A DNA stretch of 63,974 nucleotides, filler included, from Cercozoa sp. M6MM (GCA_040357565.1; 12 parts of 12 records of this genome joined end to end with filler, not necessarily neighbours in it), one strand, 5' to 3'; positions 14,620-26,427 are shown, counted from the whole stretch's first letter. Notes: a model not told the origin generated them from the sequence alone. A program made the numbers and translations.

Positions 14620-14785
14620 TTCAGTCAAGTGAGCGAGGTCGCTTGCTCGGCACCTGCACAGCACTCGGTTCCGACTGCTTTGGCTGCGTTGGCTGTTCCC
14701 CCGAGTGTTGCACTTTGGCCGCATGCTCGCGCAGCACCTAAAAGCAAGGTATGGAGGGTCTTACATGTCTGGGAGAGAGATAGAC

Positions 14786-14834
<49 letters not shown>

Positions 14835-15135
14835 TAGATAGATAGATAGATAGACAGATAGATAGATAGATAGATAGATAGATATATATATATATATATA
14901 TAATATATATAATATGTACATATATATATACACATAGAGAGAGTGTGCGTACCTTGTGTGCCAGATCGACGAGTTGCTGAGCCGAGGTCATGGCCATGCG
15001 GCCGACGAGACTGTCTCGCATGTCGCCACACGGCCGCCACTCCTGCTGCTCGGCGTCGTACTCGACGTAGCTGCGGCGGTGCCACCAGCGCAGCAGGTTC
15101 GGCCGCGGCGCCGGCCGGCTGCGCTGTCGCACTGC
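14620..15135 (-). CDS. Hypothetical protein, last two exons
   Basis: LLRWWHRRSYVEYDAEQQEW...LVDLAHK|VLREHAAKVQH...KRPRSLD*, with a GT-AG intron containing (GATA)n/(AT)n. Confidence 0.55.
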
Positions 15136-15235
15136 NNNNNNNNNNNNNNNNNNNNNNNNNNNNNNNNNNNNNNNNNNNNTTAATTAATTAANNNNNNNNN
15201 NNNNNNNNNNNNNNNNNNNNNNNNNNNNNNNNNNN

Positions 15236-15300
<65 letters not shown>

Positions 15301-15675
15301 CGCAATCGGTGCGTAGTCGGTGCGTGATGTACCGCATAATCGGTGCGTAGTTTGGTTGTATTGTATGCATAATCGGTGCTGAAACTTGGCGTACTTCATG
15401 CGTAATCTTGGCGTATTTCATGCGCAATCTTGGCGTCGTTCGTGGCGAACTGGCGGTTTAGATGAGTCTACTTTAGCAAAATTACGGCGTAATTACGCAA
15501 CTTGGTTCTCGGGGACGACCGTATATCAAGCGAGCACTGACGCATTAGACACCTAGTACGGTAGACTGTAGTAATCATAAATCAAGTTGCTGCCAGTGCG
15601 AAACTCGGCTGTAGCCTTCGAATTCAGGCGTCAACCGAACTGGCAGCAGTTCGGCGGATATCGAGACTGATTGAG

Positions 15676-16387
15676 TTATTCGGGCTTTGCGCACGGAACA
15701 TCCGGCAACGGCTGGCACTCCGGGTAGTCCTTGGCGTTGAATCCTGTGCCAGATAATTACAAAGGTATGCACACAGATTAACACACATAGCCACACAGAG
15801 AAGGTGGTACCCTGCTTCTCAGTCTTGGGATTCTGGAAGAAGACAATGCCACCTGCACAGAGTGTTTGTATTGTGCAACATATGTTGTGTGCCGCTGTTA
15901 GATACGAAGTTAAGAAACCCTTGTTGCGAACAGCGCGGCAGTTGCCAAAGATGCGCCAAAGCGCCAGCTATATAATACGAGTGCAGAACGTAAAACACGA
16001 ATCTTGGCAAGAGAGCATAATTCAAAGGGTGGTACAGCGACGGGCGTGTCATCGTACAGCATGTAGGGACCCAGAGGCGAACTGCATACATCGTTGGTAT
16101 AAGCGGGCAGAGCAAGAGCAAGGCTCGAACTTGGGTACCGCTTGACGGCGGCAGTGGCCTCCACGGCGTGGTAGAACGGCATGTCACTGAAGAGGTGGTG
16201 CATCACGTGTGTGTCCTGGATGTGGTGGAAGCACAGGTCCAGCAGCGGACCAAAGCTTCGGTCCTACAAAAGACCGGGATATCGCGGGTTCATGATGGGC
16301 AAGAGCGATGAATGTGCAAGGGTACGATGGTGCCGAGAGCACCGCGCAGCCAGGACCATGAGTCACCACGGAAGTGCGGCACAGCTG

Positions 16388-16433
<46 letters not shown>

Positions 16434-16448
16434 AATACACACACACAC

Positions 16449-16479
<31 letters not shown>

Positions 16480-18089
16480 CACAAATCACACAAATACACA
16501 CACACACACACACAAATACACACACACACACGTAGGCAGCCCAGACAGCACAGCAAGGATTGTGTACCCATGTTGGTGTGCTGCAAACCTGTGATGGTCA
16601 CCAACCAACCGTTCGTCACCAGGAGCGGCAGGAAGTACCTGTGTCATACCAGGTATTCGATCATCGAAAATACAGCTGGCACAACGAAGTGTATTCGAGA
16701 GGTTACAGCAGGAGAACAGGCATCCAGCCAAAGGCGCTTCCGATGCGGTAGACAGCGTAGCACAAAACGGCAAGGCACACGTCCGACAGCACAATGTGCA
16801 TACGCAGTCGCTTGCTACGAAGGACAAGTATGCAGACACACATGGATTTATACCTGTAGTTTATCAGAAAAAAGTACGGGAACATCGACGACCACGGGAA
16901 AAAGTGCGAGTTCCACTGTGCACGCAACAAGATTGTTGCACTGTTTGAGAGAGAAAGAGAGAGTTGGGGAGAATGCACGGGCCACGTGTCCCACTTCTTG
17001 CCCGTGATGTGGAAAGTGAGGTAGCCGGGCCAGCCTAGAAGCACACACAATGCCTTACACAAGGAGATGCCAAATCAACGAGAACAAAGGTACCCAAAAA
17101 GAGGAAGACGAACAATTCACGAATGCGAGTGATGACATTGTGCTTCAGCACGCTACGATAGATCAAGACAGTATCTGATGCATGAACCAAACAAACCTGG
17201 GCACAGCGTACCTGTCGGCATCATGATCCGGGTCGTACTCTGCCGGGACGAAAACCTCGTCGTTCTACACGATGGCAAGTTGAACACACACATAAAGAGT
17301 GCGAAAAGAGCCCAGCTTGTACCTCCAGTGAGTTGCAGTTCTTGTGATGCAGCATGTGTGACCACGCCCAGGCCTATACAATATACACACGTATGTGGAC
17401 AATAAACGTCGACAGACTCGAGACATACCTTGTACGGCACAGCGAGGCACGAGTGAACCACGTAGCCCACGATGTCATTGACCAGCTCACTGTCACTGCG
17501 CACACACGTGTATGATTGAGTGGCAGACAGATAGAGTCTGGCCGGTAGGTACCTGAAGCCGCCGTGGCCGCACTCATGACCGATGACCCCTAATAAAATG
17601 CGCATTTGCTATAGCTTGGTACAGAGGCACGTGCGTGTGAGATGTGTGATACAGAGGCCCGTCATGACACAACCCTGCACGAAGATGTAGACTGGCCACA
17701 GCAAGCACTGCGCCCACATCGGAAGAGATGGCAAGAAGTGCCACGCCAGCACACCAAGCCACAGCGCCACCAGACTGCGAGCACACACAGGCACACCATC
17801 CAAGAAGTGAACCCAGGAAAGTCAAAACAACGATCGACAAAAATCAAGAGGGGTACAGGTTGACGCCGAGGTAGGAGAAACTAAGCACATAGCTGCGTTC
17901 GAAGCAGTGGGCAGGAATGGCATCTCGGATCGTCCTATCCACAAACAAATCCAAGTAGCTGGGAGCAGCAGACACTCCACAGAGGATAGCTCACTTCAAA
18001 GTGATCTTTGAGTCATGAGGAAGCACTGGGCAGCGCAGTGCTTCCTTGTCGGCGGCGAGCTCGGCAACGGCAGCGCTCTTCTTGCCCAT
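15676..18089 (-). CDS. FAD2: Delta-12/omega-6-type membrane fatty acid desaturase
   Basis: TIRDAIPAHCFERS, His boxes HECGH, WSHMLHHKN, HVMHHLFSDMPFYHAVEAT; ITGLQH; FLGWPGYL. Confidence 0.92.
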
Positions 18090-18333
18090 CGTCAGTAATT
18101 ACCGAAGCAGACTATGGCACACCTAAAATCCCGAAATCCACTCGGAATAGTAGTGGCACACGCACGAGCAGCACTAAGTGTTGGAAAACACTTTGGGTGG
18201 ATTTTTCATCCAGCAAAATCGGTGCTGGTTGAGCAGTGACACGTGAAGCACGCAACCAGCGCTTTGTCAAACAACAGTATCCGATTGTTTGTCGGACGAG
18301 ACTCCCTGCATCGCGATTTTTCGGCTTTACTTG

Positions 18334-19529
18334 TTAGTTTCTCGCGCTACGACCAGCAACGCGCCGCATGGAGGCAGTACTGACGTAGGCATCGGCCAAT
18401 AGTCGCGGCACCTCTGTCGTGGATTGGCCGGCGAAGGCGTTTGCGAACTGCGATGCGAACCTGCGTAGTGACGTGATTGGGCCCTCTGGTTAAAATACAC
18501 GTCGCATTGTGCTTGTTGTATGAAGATCACACTGTCGAAAACCTCCACCACAAGATACTGCGATACCGGCACACACGTCAGACACCGTCGGCGTGAACTT
18601 GTGCAACAAGCGATGCAGGAACTCGCCGCTGCTGTCACGTCGAAACGTCTCAAGCACGAGATTGGCCACATGAAAGTCCTCGAGCTCGCAGTCGTCACTC
18701 TCGTCTGGATCGAGTTCGCTGTGCCGCGAGAACAGCACTCGTTCGTACCACTCGCTTGAGGAAGCCAGTTGCTCATGCCGGAGCCATTCCTGCACGGAAC
18801 GGATGCTGCTGAGGCTGCGATACTTGGCCACATCCCATCCGCTTATGAGGTGTTGAAGCGGCGGTACGTCCACTTTCTGCAAAACAAACGATACCTAGTA
18901 CATCGTAAATTTATTGTTTTTTAAGTTGTTCGCTATCCGAATTATGTAAATTATTTGTTGCAGTGAAAGAGGTACATTTCGGCAATATCGAACAGACAGC
19001 TCGTGCACATCAAAAAGGTTGAATTTTGTTTTGCACATTCGGCGGAGCTCTCTCCTAACGCAACGGCAGACAAAACACAACTGAAGGGAGGAAGATGCAA
19101 TGCAACTCAGCCGGCAGACTTAAATTAGAATGAAGTGACCTACATGAACATGGCGTAGACGGCATCTCCGATGAGACAGATCGCGCGCTCATCGCTATCG
19201 TGTTCCGTACGTACGTGCCTGGAAGTATCAAGCCAATATTAAACTGCCACTGCTTACAACTCGACGTTCGATAAATTTATCATTTTTGCGCTTTCAAGTT
19301 CAGTTGAAGAAATTTACATTTCAACAGCTTCTCGATCTGATCCCGTTGTCACGCAAACGGGGCATTTGAACAAGCGAATTTCCTGTCGTTAACACTGGTC
19401 AGTTCAAAGTGAAGCTGAACGAAAGTAGTTCCGAGTAGAACTCAACCGAAAACAAACCAAGTGCGAAAGCAGATGATTAACGAAAGCTCCGGTCCTATCG
19501 AGTAGGTAATTGCACTGCGGACACTCCAT
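18334..19529 (-). CDS. Six-exon gene: two C2H2 zinc fingers plus RNase III/Mini-III-like motifs (~260 aa)
   Basis: Exons 19529-19458, 19382-19318, 19218-19144, 19054-18976, ~18894/18876-18567, 18485-18334 join in frame via GT-AG; C-x2-C-x12-H-x3-H and C-x2-C-x12-H-x4-H; IGDAVYAMFMRE. Confidence 0.65.
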
Positions 19530-19818
19530 CGTGCTCTTTACAGCAGAGCCCTGGTTCAACGGTAAAAACAGTTGTTCAGTTTCGATTGGCGATTTTATCG
19601 TTGTTGCGGCACGTCACGCATGCTGCCAGCTGACACGATACGGAAACCGATCAAAGAATTGAGCCGACTGACAGCGACTATGTTCGGTTCAGATCGGCTT
19701 AGTTCGCAGTCAAATTTTCAGCCTAATCAGTGCTGCTCCGGGGAGAGCGGACTGCCAAAGTTCCAATCTGAGTCTGATGACGAAATACTGTCCTGAAACT
19801 ACAGTAGGCCTGGCTCAG

Positions 19819-20330
19819 TTATGGTGCAGGCGGAGAAGGCGCAGCAGGTGGAGGCAGAGCAGGTCCGCCGCCGCTTGACGGAAAGGCCAAGGCGACAGCC
19901 AAGGAGACCATACCGACCACAAAGAGAAGAGCCACGGTGCTAAATTTAAAATTAAAAACAAGAGCATGTAACACAACTAACACGTTGCCAAGTCGCGGGG
20001 CTCAAACATACCCAAGCACAATCCAAAGTCGCTTCTTGTGTTGCCACCAGGAGGTGCGTGTTGGACAACAGCAGCTGCAAAGTTGGATTTTTTAAAGTAA
20101 ATATATTATCGTTAAATACAACACAAAGCAGGGGATAAATTACGGGCACAATCTGTCCCTTTCCCGGTATTCGCGACTGTGCTTGAACGGGCGTGCTCCA
20201 AGCGGAGGATTCAGATCGTTTTCAACCTCGCCCTACGGTATAAAACGCATAAGTAGCCTCGGATTGGTGACCACAGGTGTGCGTACCTTTTCAGAAAGCT
20301 CAGCATCCTTGGAATTAAACACTATCTGCA
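19819..20330 (-). CDS. Small single-pass membrane protein with juxtamembrane Cys cluster (start not resolved)
   Basis: Spliced GEVENDLNPP...RLCP|CCCPTRTSWWQHKKRLWIVLG|TVALLFVVGMVSLAVALAFPSSGGGPALPPPAAPSPPAP*. Confidence 0.5.
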
Positions 20331-20878
20331 CATTTTGCGTCGATACAGCGTCGTTATCAAAACTCACCTGCTGAGGCTGGACAAGAAAGCTTGGATTGAT
20401 TTGAAAGTACTTGAACAAATTTGAGGCATAGCCCTTGCATAAAAACTCACAGGAATTTGGATTGGAACTGGTGGGGTCAAGTCAAAAGGTGCCTTCGCAA
20501 GAGGTGGGGTCAAGTCAGTGTATTTTTACAGCAACTGAAAGTGAAAAACACCCGTGGCAACCGCACGTCAGTGAACCCGCTGTGCATCATATATAACGCC
20601 ACCAAAGCGACCGTTGCCACTCAGCACAAAACACTTCTTGGTCACGTCACGCCACACCGCCAAATCTCAACATGTAGTTTATGCGCACATGAGGCGATCG
20701 TCAATTTAACAAACACAATAACTTATAAACACTATGTGCACGCTTCCGCGCTGATGAAGTGACAATATTAGTCCCGCGAACGTGCTTAATTTAATCGAAA
20801 CCTGTCCCAAGCGCTCCTCGGTGTGTTCAGGAAACATTTTCGCAGTATCTTAGTGCGTTCAAACGCGTGAATAGGCCC

Positions 20879-21731
20879 ATGTTTGAGCTGACGTGGGCTT
20901 CATTTGCCCTTTTTGCCCTAGTAAGATCTGAAACAGATGATGCATTTTGCACTGATCGTTTCGGAGTGCAAAGTGTGCTTGTCTGTCTCTAGTTGGCTTG
21001 GATCGCATGCATCTACTGTGTGCGACGGTACGCCGATCCGTACGAAAGTGTAAGCTGCTTGTTGTTTTCGCTTCTCCTGCATGATGTACATCGTGTCTGG
21101 CCCCGTAGTCCAAGTTCGTGGTGTTCATTGCATCCACAGCACTATGGACCGGTCTGTTTGCGCTACTTGTGCTTCCGGTGGACGTGTTCGTCGCGTCTGG
21201 TGAAACCGACAGCAATACTGGACTGCAAGTGTCGCCCTCTGATGTACACACGCACGCACACTCACGTGTCTGTCCTCTGTTTGCTGACTGACACTTTGCA
21301 CACACGCAGTTCGAGTCGGCCCAGGAGTCTGTGAAGGCGCTCTACTATGTGAGCAGTCCCTACACCCTAGGAATTTATGCCTACCCTATCGACCTGGACT
21401 GTATAGGCCTTCTGGTGCATTCTTGTGTTCTTCGCCTTCGTGCTGTTTCCCTTTGCCTACTTCTACTACGGTACTGTGTGTCTTTCTTCTCTGGAATGAC
21501 TGTCTCTGACTCTCTCGTGTATGTGTGCAGAGGAGAGTGGCGACCCCGATCTGACTCGTGTACAGTGACGCATCACTGTCCTTGTACCTTTTCCCTGAAC
21601 CGTCTTGTCCCCCTGTGTAGGGTCAGAAGATATTCAATGCCTTCAAGTACTCGTGCGCCTTCATGATCGTGTGCGGCGTCGTGTGCATCATTGGGTAGAT
21701 CCTTCCACATCCCGCCCCTTTCGTTGCTTTA

Positions 21732-21777
<46 letters not shown>

Positions 21778-21877
21778 NNNNNNNNNNNNNNNNNNNNNNN
21801 NNNNNNNNNNNNNNNNNNNNNNNNNNNNNNNNNNNNNNNNNNNNNNNNNNNNNNNNNNNNNNNNNNNNNNNNNNNNN

Positions 21878-21931
<54 letters not shown>

Positions 21932-24167
21932 AGTGCTTTTGTGACGGTCGCGTCGGATGATGAGGATGGTAGCTTCATTCCTATGACCCTATGTTCCTGT
22001 CGATGTTCTGACCCTATGTTCCTGTCGATGTTTTCCACATGTTGCTGTACCTTAGACTCATGGCGACAGCGTCTAGTGGAGCAGGCCTCGCAAGGCGACG
22101 TTGTCGTGGCCTTCTTGTTCGCCTGCGTCACGCTGCTGGGCAGTCTGCTGCTGGCTGTGTACGCGCCGGTGGGCCTCGCCTCGCTGCCGATGGGCCTCAT
22201 CCAGTCGCGGGTACCTTGCACCTTGGCCACTGCCCCTCTTGCCTTTGCCTGATGTGGTCTGTCTATACAGCAATCACTGCACGACATCGAAAGTGCCTCT
22301 ATGAGCGAAATCAAACCCGAACAGGTCAGTTGTGGTTTCTTCCGCGGATGAGAAGTGGAGTGTGTGTATGTGTGTGTGCATGTGCCTGTGTATGTGTCTG
22401 TGTATGTGTGTGTATGTACGTGCGCGCGTATGTGTGTGTTTGTGTGTGTTTGACAGGTACGCGCGCGTTTGCAGGCGACGCAGGAGCAGCTGCGACATCA
22501 GCGACGCCGTGTCAAGAATGATCCCTCCGAGTACCCACTTTTTGTCCATTTGTACGGTTCGTTTGGACGAGGTGATCTCTGTAGTCGCGAGGAGCGACAG
22601 CGTCTGCAGGAACTGCAGCGCGAGAAGGACCGACTCGAGCATCTGCTGCAGCGGTAGCCAATCTTGCTGGAGACAGGTAGGGGTTAAGGGGAATAAGGAG
22701 AGAGTGTGTGTAGTGCTGACAAGCACGCGAACTCGGACAAGAAGGAGGTACTGTCCGGAAACACTGACTGCTGATCACATTGAAAAAAATAAAACACTCA
22801 CTCTCAGGGCTGCGGTACGTGCATCTGGAACGCTCTGGCGCCGCTGCGTTTCGCCTTCGGAATCGTGCTGTTTGGCGTGTCGTAAGTTTCTATTTACCCC
22901 CTTCTTCTTCCCCTTATCTCTTTCAACCTCCCCGCCTACCCTTTTGAAAATGACGGTAGTGCGCTGATCGCGGTGTCAGTCTTTATGAGCGCACTTGATC
23001 GTGCCATCAACAGCGGTACTCTTGGCCTTTTCTTTTACTTTCTCCCCTGTGATCCTTCTACCCTCGATACTAGAGTGTGGCGCCGCCTGTGGTTTCGCAC
23101 TGGACCGACGACACATCTTTAATCCGGTGGGTTTTTGGTACTTCTGAAGGGAGAAAGACGCGAATTGACCTGTTACTGGTACAGCTGGACGATATCCTGG
23201 CGTCCTCCTCATCGGCCTTCCCTGTGGACTACCTGTACCTCTGTTTATAAGGAGGTATGGCTTCTGTACCTGCATGAGTGTGTGTGTGTGTGTGTGCTGG
23301 TAGTCTGTACGGCCTACTGGTGTTGCTGCTGTTCGTGGCGACTCTGGACGGCCTAAGCGTATCCCAATCTGTCCTTCACCTGCCCCCCGTTACCCCCCCC
23401 CCGCGAGACAGGTGGTTGGTGTGCGCTTCCTGTGCTTTAAACTGTACGGTATCAAGCGACGACGCACCCTGCCGAATGCGCTGCTGCTCGGTTGGTACAC
23501 TTGTCTCTTGTCTGATGCACCCTGTGGGTAGGTATGGGTGTTGTCTGTGAAACCAGCTGGATGGTGCTGTTGTGCTCGCTCGCGTCGATCGTGCTGGTTG
23601 ATTCGGTGGCGCCCAAGTACACGTCGTTCACCACGCAGCGCTTCCGCGAGGGCGTAGTGTCCGTGCCGCCTACCTACGATGACCTGTGGTAGGGACGCAT
23701 ATATATATACATATATATTATGGATATGGATTGTGTCACCAGTTCGAGCGTGACCGTGTCGCCGCCGGCAGACGATGCGGCATGGCACAGCTGCGACATG
23801 CAGCACTCGATCGTGTGCCCGGGACAAGCGGCCGTGCAGTGCGCGCCCACTGTCATGAACGCCTTCCTGAACACGATCAAGATTGGCCTACCCTTCTTTG
23901 GCCTCGTGTACTTTGCCGCCTCCTGGTACCTTGTGTCTACGCATCTCGGGGGACGGTAAGTATCAGTATGGTTGACATGCACACCAGGCTCTTTGTTCTG
24001 GTGTTCTGCTGTGCTCTGGTTTGGGCCATCTTCTTCAAAAAGGTACGCGTATGCGCACATTCGCTCTTTGCCTTTTCCCCTTACCCCTGGCGCACCGCAT
24101 GCAGGCCCCTGTGGTGGACGAGCTGGACGAGACGCGCCGCGATCTGCTTGAGAGCGTGTTCGACTAG
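20879..24167 (+). CDS. LMBR1-family multipass membrane protein, LMBRD1 (lysosomal cobalamin export)-like
   Basis: LPVDVFVAS, AVYAPVGLASLPMGLI, coiled-coil loop, CGAACGFAL...FNPV, FPVDYL, VAPKYTSFTTQRF, C-terminal TM segments. Confidence 0.75.
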
Positions 24168-24275
24168 CTTTGTACGCACTGTTACGTTAACCTACGGTAT
24201 CCGACGCGAAGCGAAGTTAACAGAACGCAACGGTGCGTTACAGTAGTTAGATAGTTCGTAGTTAGATTCGATTGT

Positions 24276-24469
24276 TCGGGTAAGGCGTTTTTCGAGGCAA
24301 AACCGAACCTCCCCCCAACATCTACCCCTTAACCCCCTTAACCCTTAACCCACCTTCGCCCCTTTGCTCCCCTTACCCCCATACCCCTTTTTAGCCCCCT
24401 TGCCCCTTTTAGCCCCTTACCCCCCTCTCTTTAATTCTGATTTTGCCTCGAAAACCCCGCCATACCTGA
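24276..24469. mobile_element. Candidate MITE-like element: ~33-bp imperfect inverted repeats around a C-rich core
   Basis: Perfect 14-bp core TTTTCGAGGCAAAA (24289-24302) / TTTTGCCTCGAAAA (24441-24454); no clear TSD. Confidence 0.4.
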
Positions 24470-24660
24470 TAGTTCAGTCGACTAAAAAACCGACTATGTA
24501 ATCCGCTGTCTCAAGCGCCACAAGCCGATAGCCGTACGCGTGTTCCACCCGGAGGGCGGAACCATTTAACTTACCCCCTGCTTTTGAAGGTCCCAGGGTA
24601 TCTTCTTCAAGGTTGTTACACAGCTTTTACGATATTGTACCGTATCGTTTAGTTGATTCG

Positions 24661-24769
24661 TATGGTCCTACCCTAAGTGGGCGGTAGACACGGCCATGCT
24701 CTAGCGACCCACCCCAGACCGGTGCAGGGGAACTACATAGTTGGTTTCCTAGAAGACTTAACTAACTAA
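24661..24769 (+). mobile_element. Short retroposon copy A (SINE or LINE 3' end) with (TAAC)n tail
   Basis: Near-identical to copies at 45563-45633 and 55405-55590; flanked by 15-bp direct repeat CGTTTAGTTGA[T/G]TCG. Confidence 0.8.
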
Positions 24770-24894
24770 CGTTTAGTTGAGTCGAATCTAATTAAATCGA
24801 TCACAGCGTTCCACGAGTGACACGACACCACAAGTCGAAGTCACTCTAAGGTGATCATGACACAGGACAGTGCGATCGTGGTTGCCGAAAAAAG

Positions 24895-25320
24895 TCAGCG
24901 CAGGTGGCGGCTGGGCTCGAAGAAGCCCAGCACACGCGATGTGACTATGAGAGAGAAAACAGCACAAAACAATCCGTGTTTATACGTGTGTGTGTGAGAG
25001 CACTCACGTGCACGGTCAGGTACAACAGAGGTACAGCCAAGCATATTCATGAACGTGGCCAACACGAAGGGTAAGTGCACTGGGCGCGGCAAAAAACAAC
25101 AACAAATACGGCAATGTGGTGGAGACAACGCACATGCACGAGGAACAACAAAAGCACACAACCCAGACACACAGCGAAAGGTACACTATATAAGTGTGCG
25201 TCTCTCTCTTTCTCTCTCTTTTCAAGCCACACACAACTGCACAGGGCGAGTGAGTGCGATACACTCAGAAAACCCAGTGCCTGGAGACAACATACCTCTC
25301 ATCTGTATGTGCGGGCTTTC
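24895..25320 (-). CDS. Possible small multi-exon hypothetical protein
   Basis: Exon-like segments HLPFVLATFMNMLGCTSVVPDRA and TSRVLGFFEPSRHLR* with GT-AG boundaries; start unclear. Confidence 0.3.
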
Positions 25321-25380
25321 GTCGCTCTTTGATACATGCTTTCGATAGTTTGGGTTTCCACACTAGTCGAGGGGGGGGGG

Positions 25381-26427
25381 TCACGCGGCCACGTTGGGCG
25401 TCCGACGGCGCTGTGGCATGCGTCGCTTTGTGACTGCAACGCGCCGCTTTTTGCGCGCCGGTGCTCGCTTCTGCTGCTGCTGCAGTCTCCTGCGCGCCTG
25501 TCGCGTCAGTGGTCTTCTCGCGGTTTGCTCCTCCTCCTCATCCACAAGCTCCTCGCCTGCCTCCTCGGCGATATCGTCAAGCGGACGCTTTGCCGTCTTG
25601 CGGCCTAGCACACGCGTGGCAGCCGGGGGTGACGGCGACGGTTTCTCGCGGGTCACCGGCGACTCAGCGGCAGCGACGCGAACTTGCGGCACCGAGCGCG
25701 GCGATGCCATCATGACCGGTACCGCTGTTGACACACGCGGCGCCTGCGCAGCCACCTTGACCGCGACCTGCCGCGACTGGATAAGCTGTGACTGGACTGG
25801 CTGTGGCTGTGACTGAACTGGCTGCGATTGGACTGACTGTGACTGAACGGGCTGCGATTGGACTGGCTGTGATTGAACGGGTTGGGACTGTGGCGGCGCC
25901 AGCTGCACGCTCGACACGGACTTTGGGAGAAACTGCACGGGAGGCGGCACTAGTGGCACCGGCACTTGGGACCGGGATACCTGGGGCAGGGGGACCGGGA
26001 GCTGGGAAACCCGTGACTGTGACTGTGACTGACACTGCTGATACTGAAGCATGTGTACGCGCGATGACACACAGTGCGCGCACGAGCACGGACCGCGACA
26101 CTTGAAGCATCGCCAGCTCAGACTTACACGCTGGAGGGGAGGCAGGTCATACACGTTGCCTCGCGTGAAGCCACACTCCGACTCGAGCTTCACCACCATA
26201 CGCGCCTCTTGATCGAAGCGACAATCAGCGAATGACGCTCTTAGCCACACGCACCGCGAACAAACGCTTCGGCAGCACTGTACAACGGTCGAAATACCAC
26301 AAGATCAAGAACTAGACAGGTCGAAAGGTCACAAGCCAGCAAATCGTTCAACAGCAAAGCGCGCTACCTGGCTGCAGCTTAGCGCCGTCGTAGCGCTCAG
26401 CGCCGTGTGACAACGCAAGCAATTCAT
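25381..26427 (-). CDS. zf-4CXXC_R1 (CDCA7-like) zinc-finger protein with VQSQP repeats and basic C-terminus
   Basis: MNCLRCH...CSQ|CCRSVCSRC...WRCFKCRGPCSCAHC resembles the W-x-C-x2-CRG-x-C-x-C-x2-C end of zf-4CXXC_R1. Confidence 0.6.

Noticed and set aside
21975-22032. 25-bp tandem duplication (TGACCCTATGTTCCTGTCGATGTT)
   Set aside because: Simple intronic duplication in the LMBR1-like gene with no further structure.
24695-24760. Ingi/Pr77-like HDV ribozyme, tRNA or 5S origin for the short retroposon
   Set aside because: Substitutions in copy A break the putative P1, there is no J4/2, no A/B boxes are present, and the 5S similarity is only ~8 nt.
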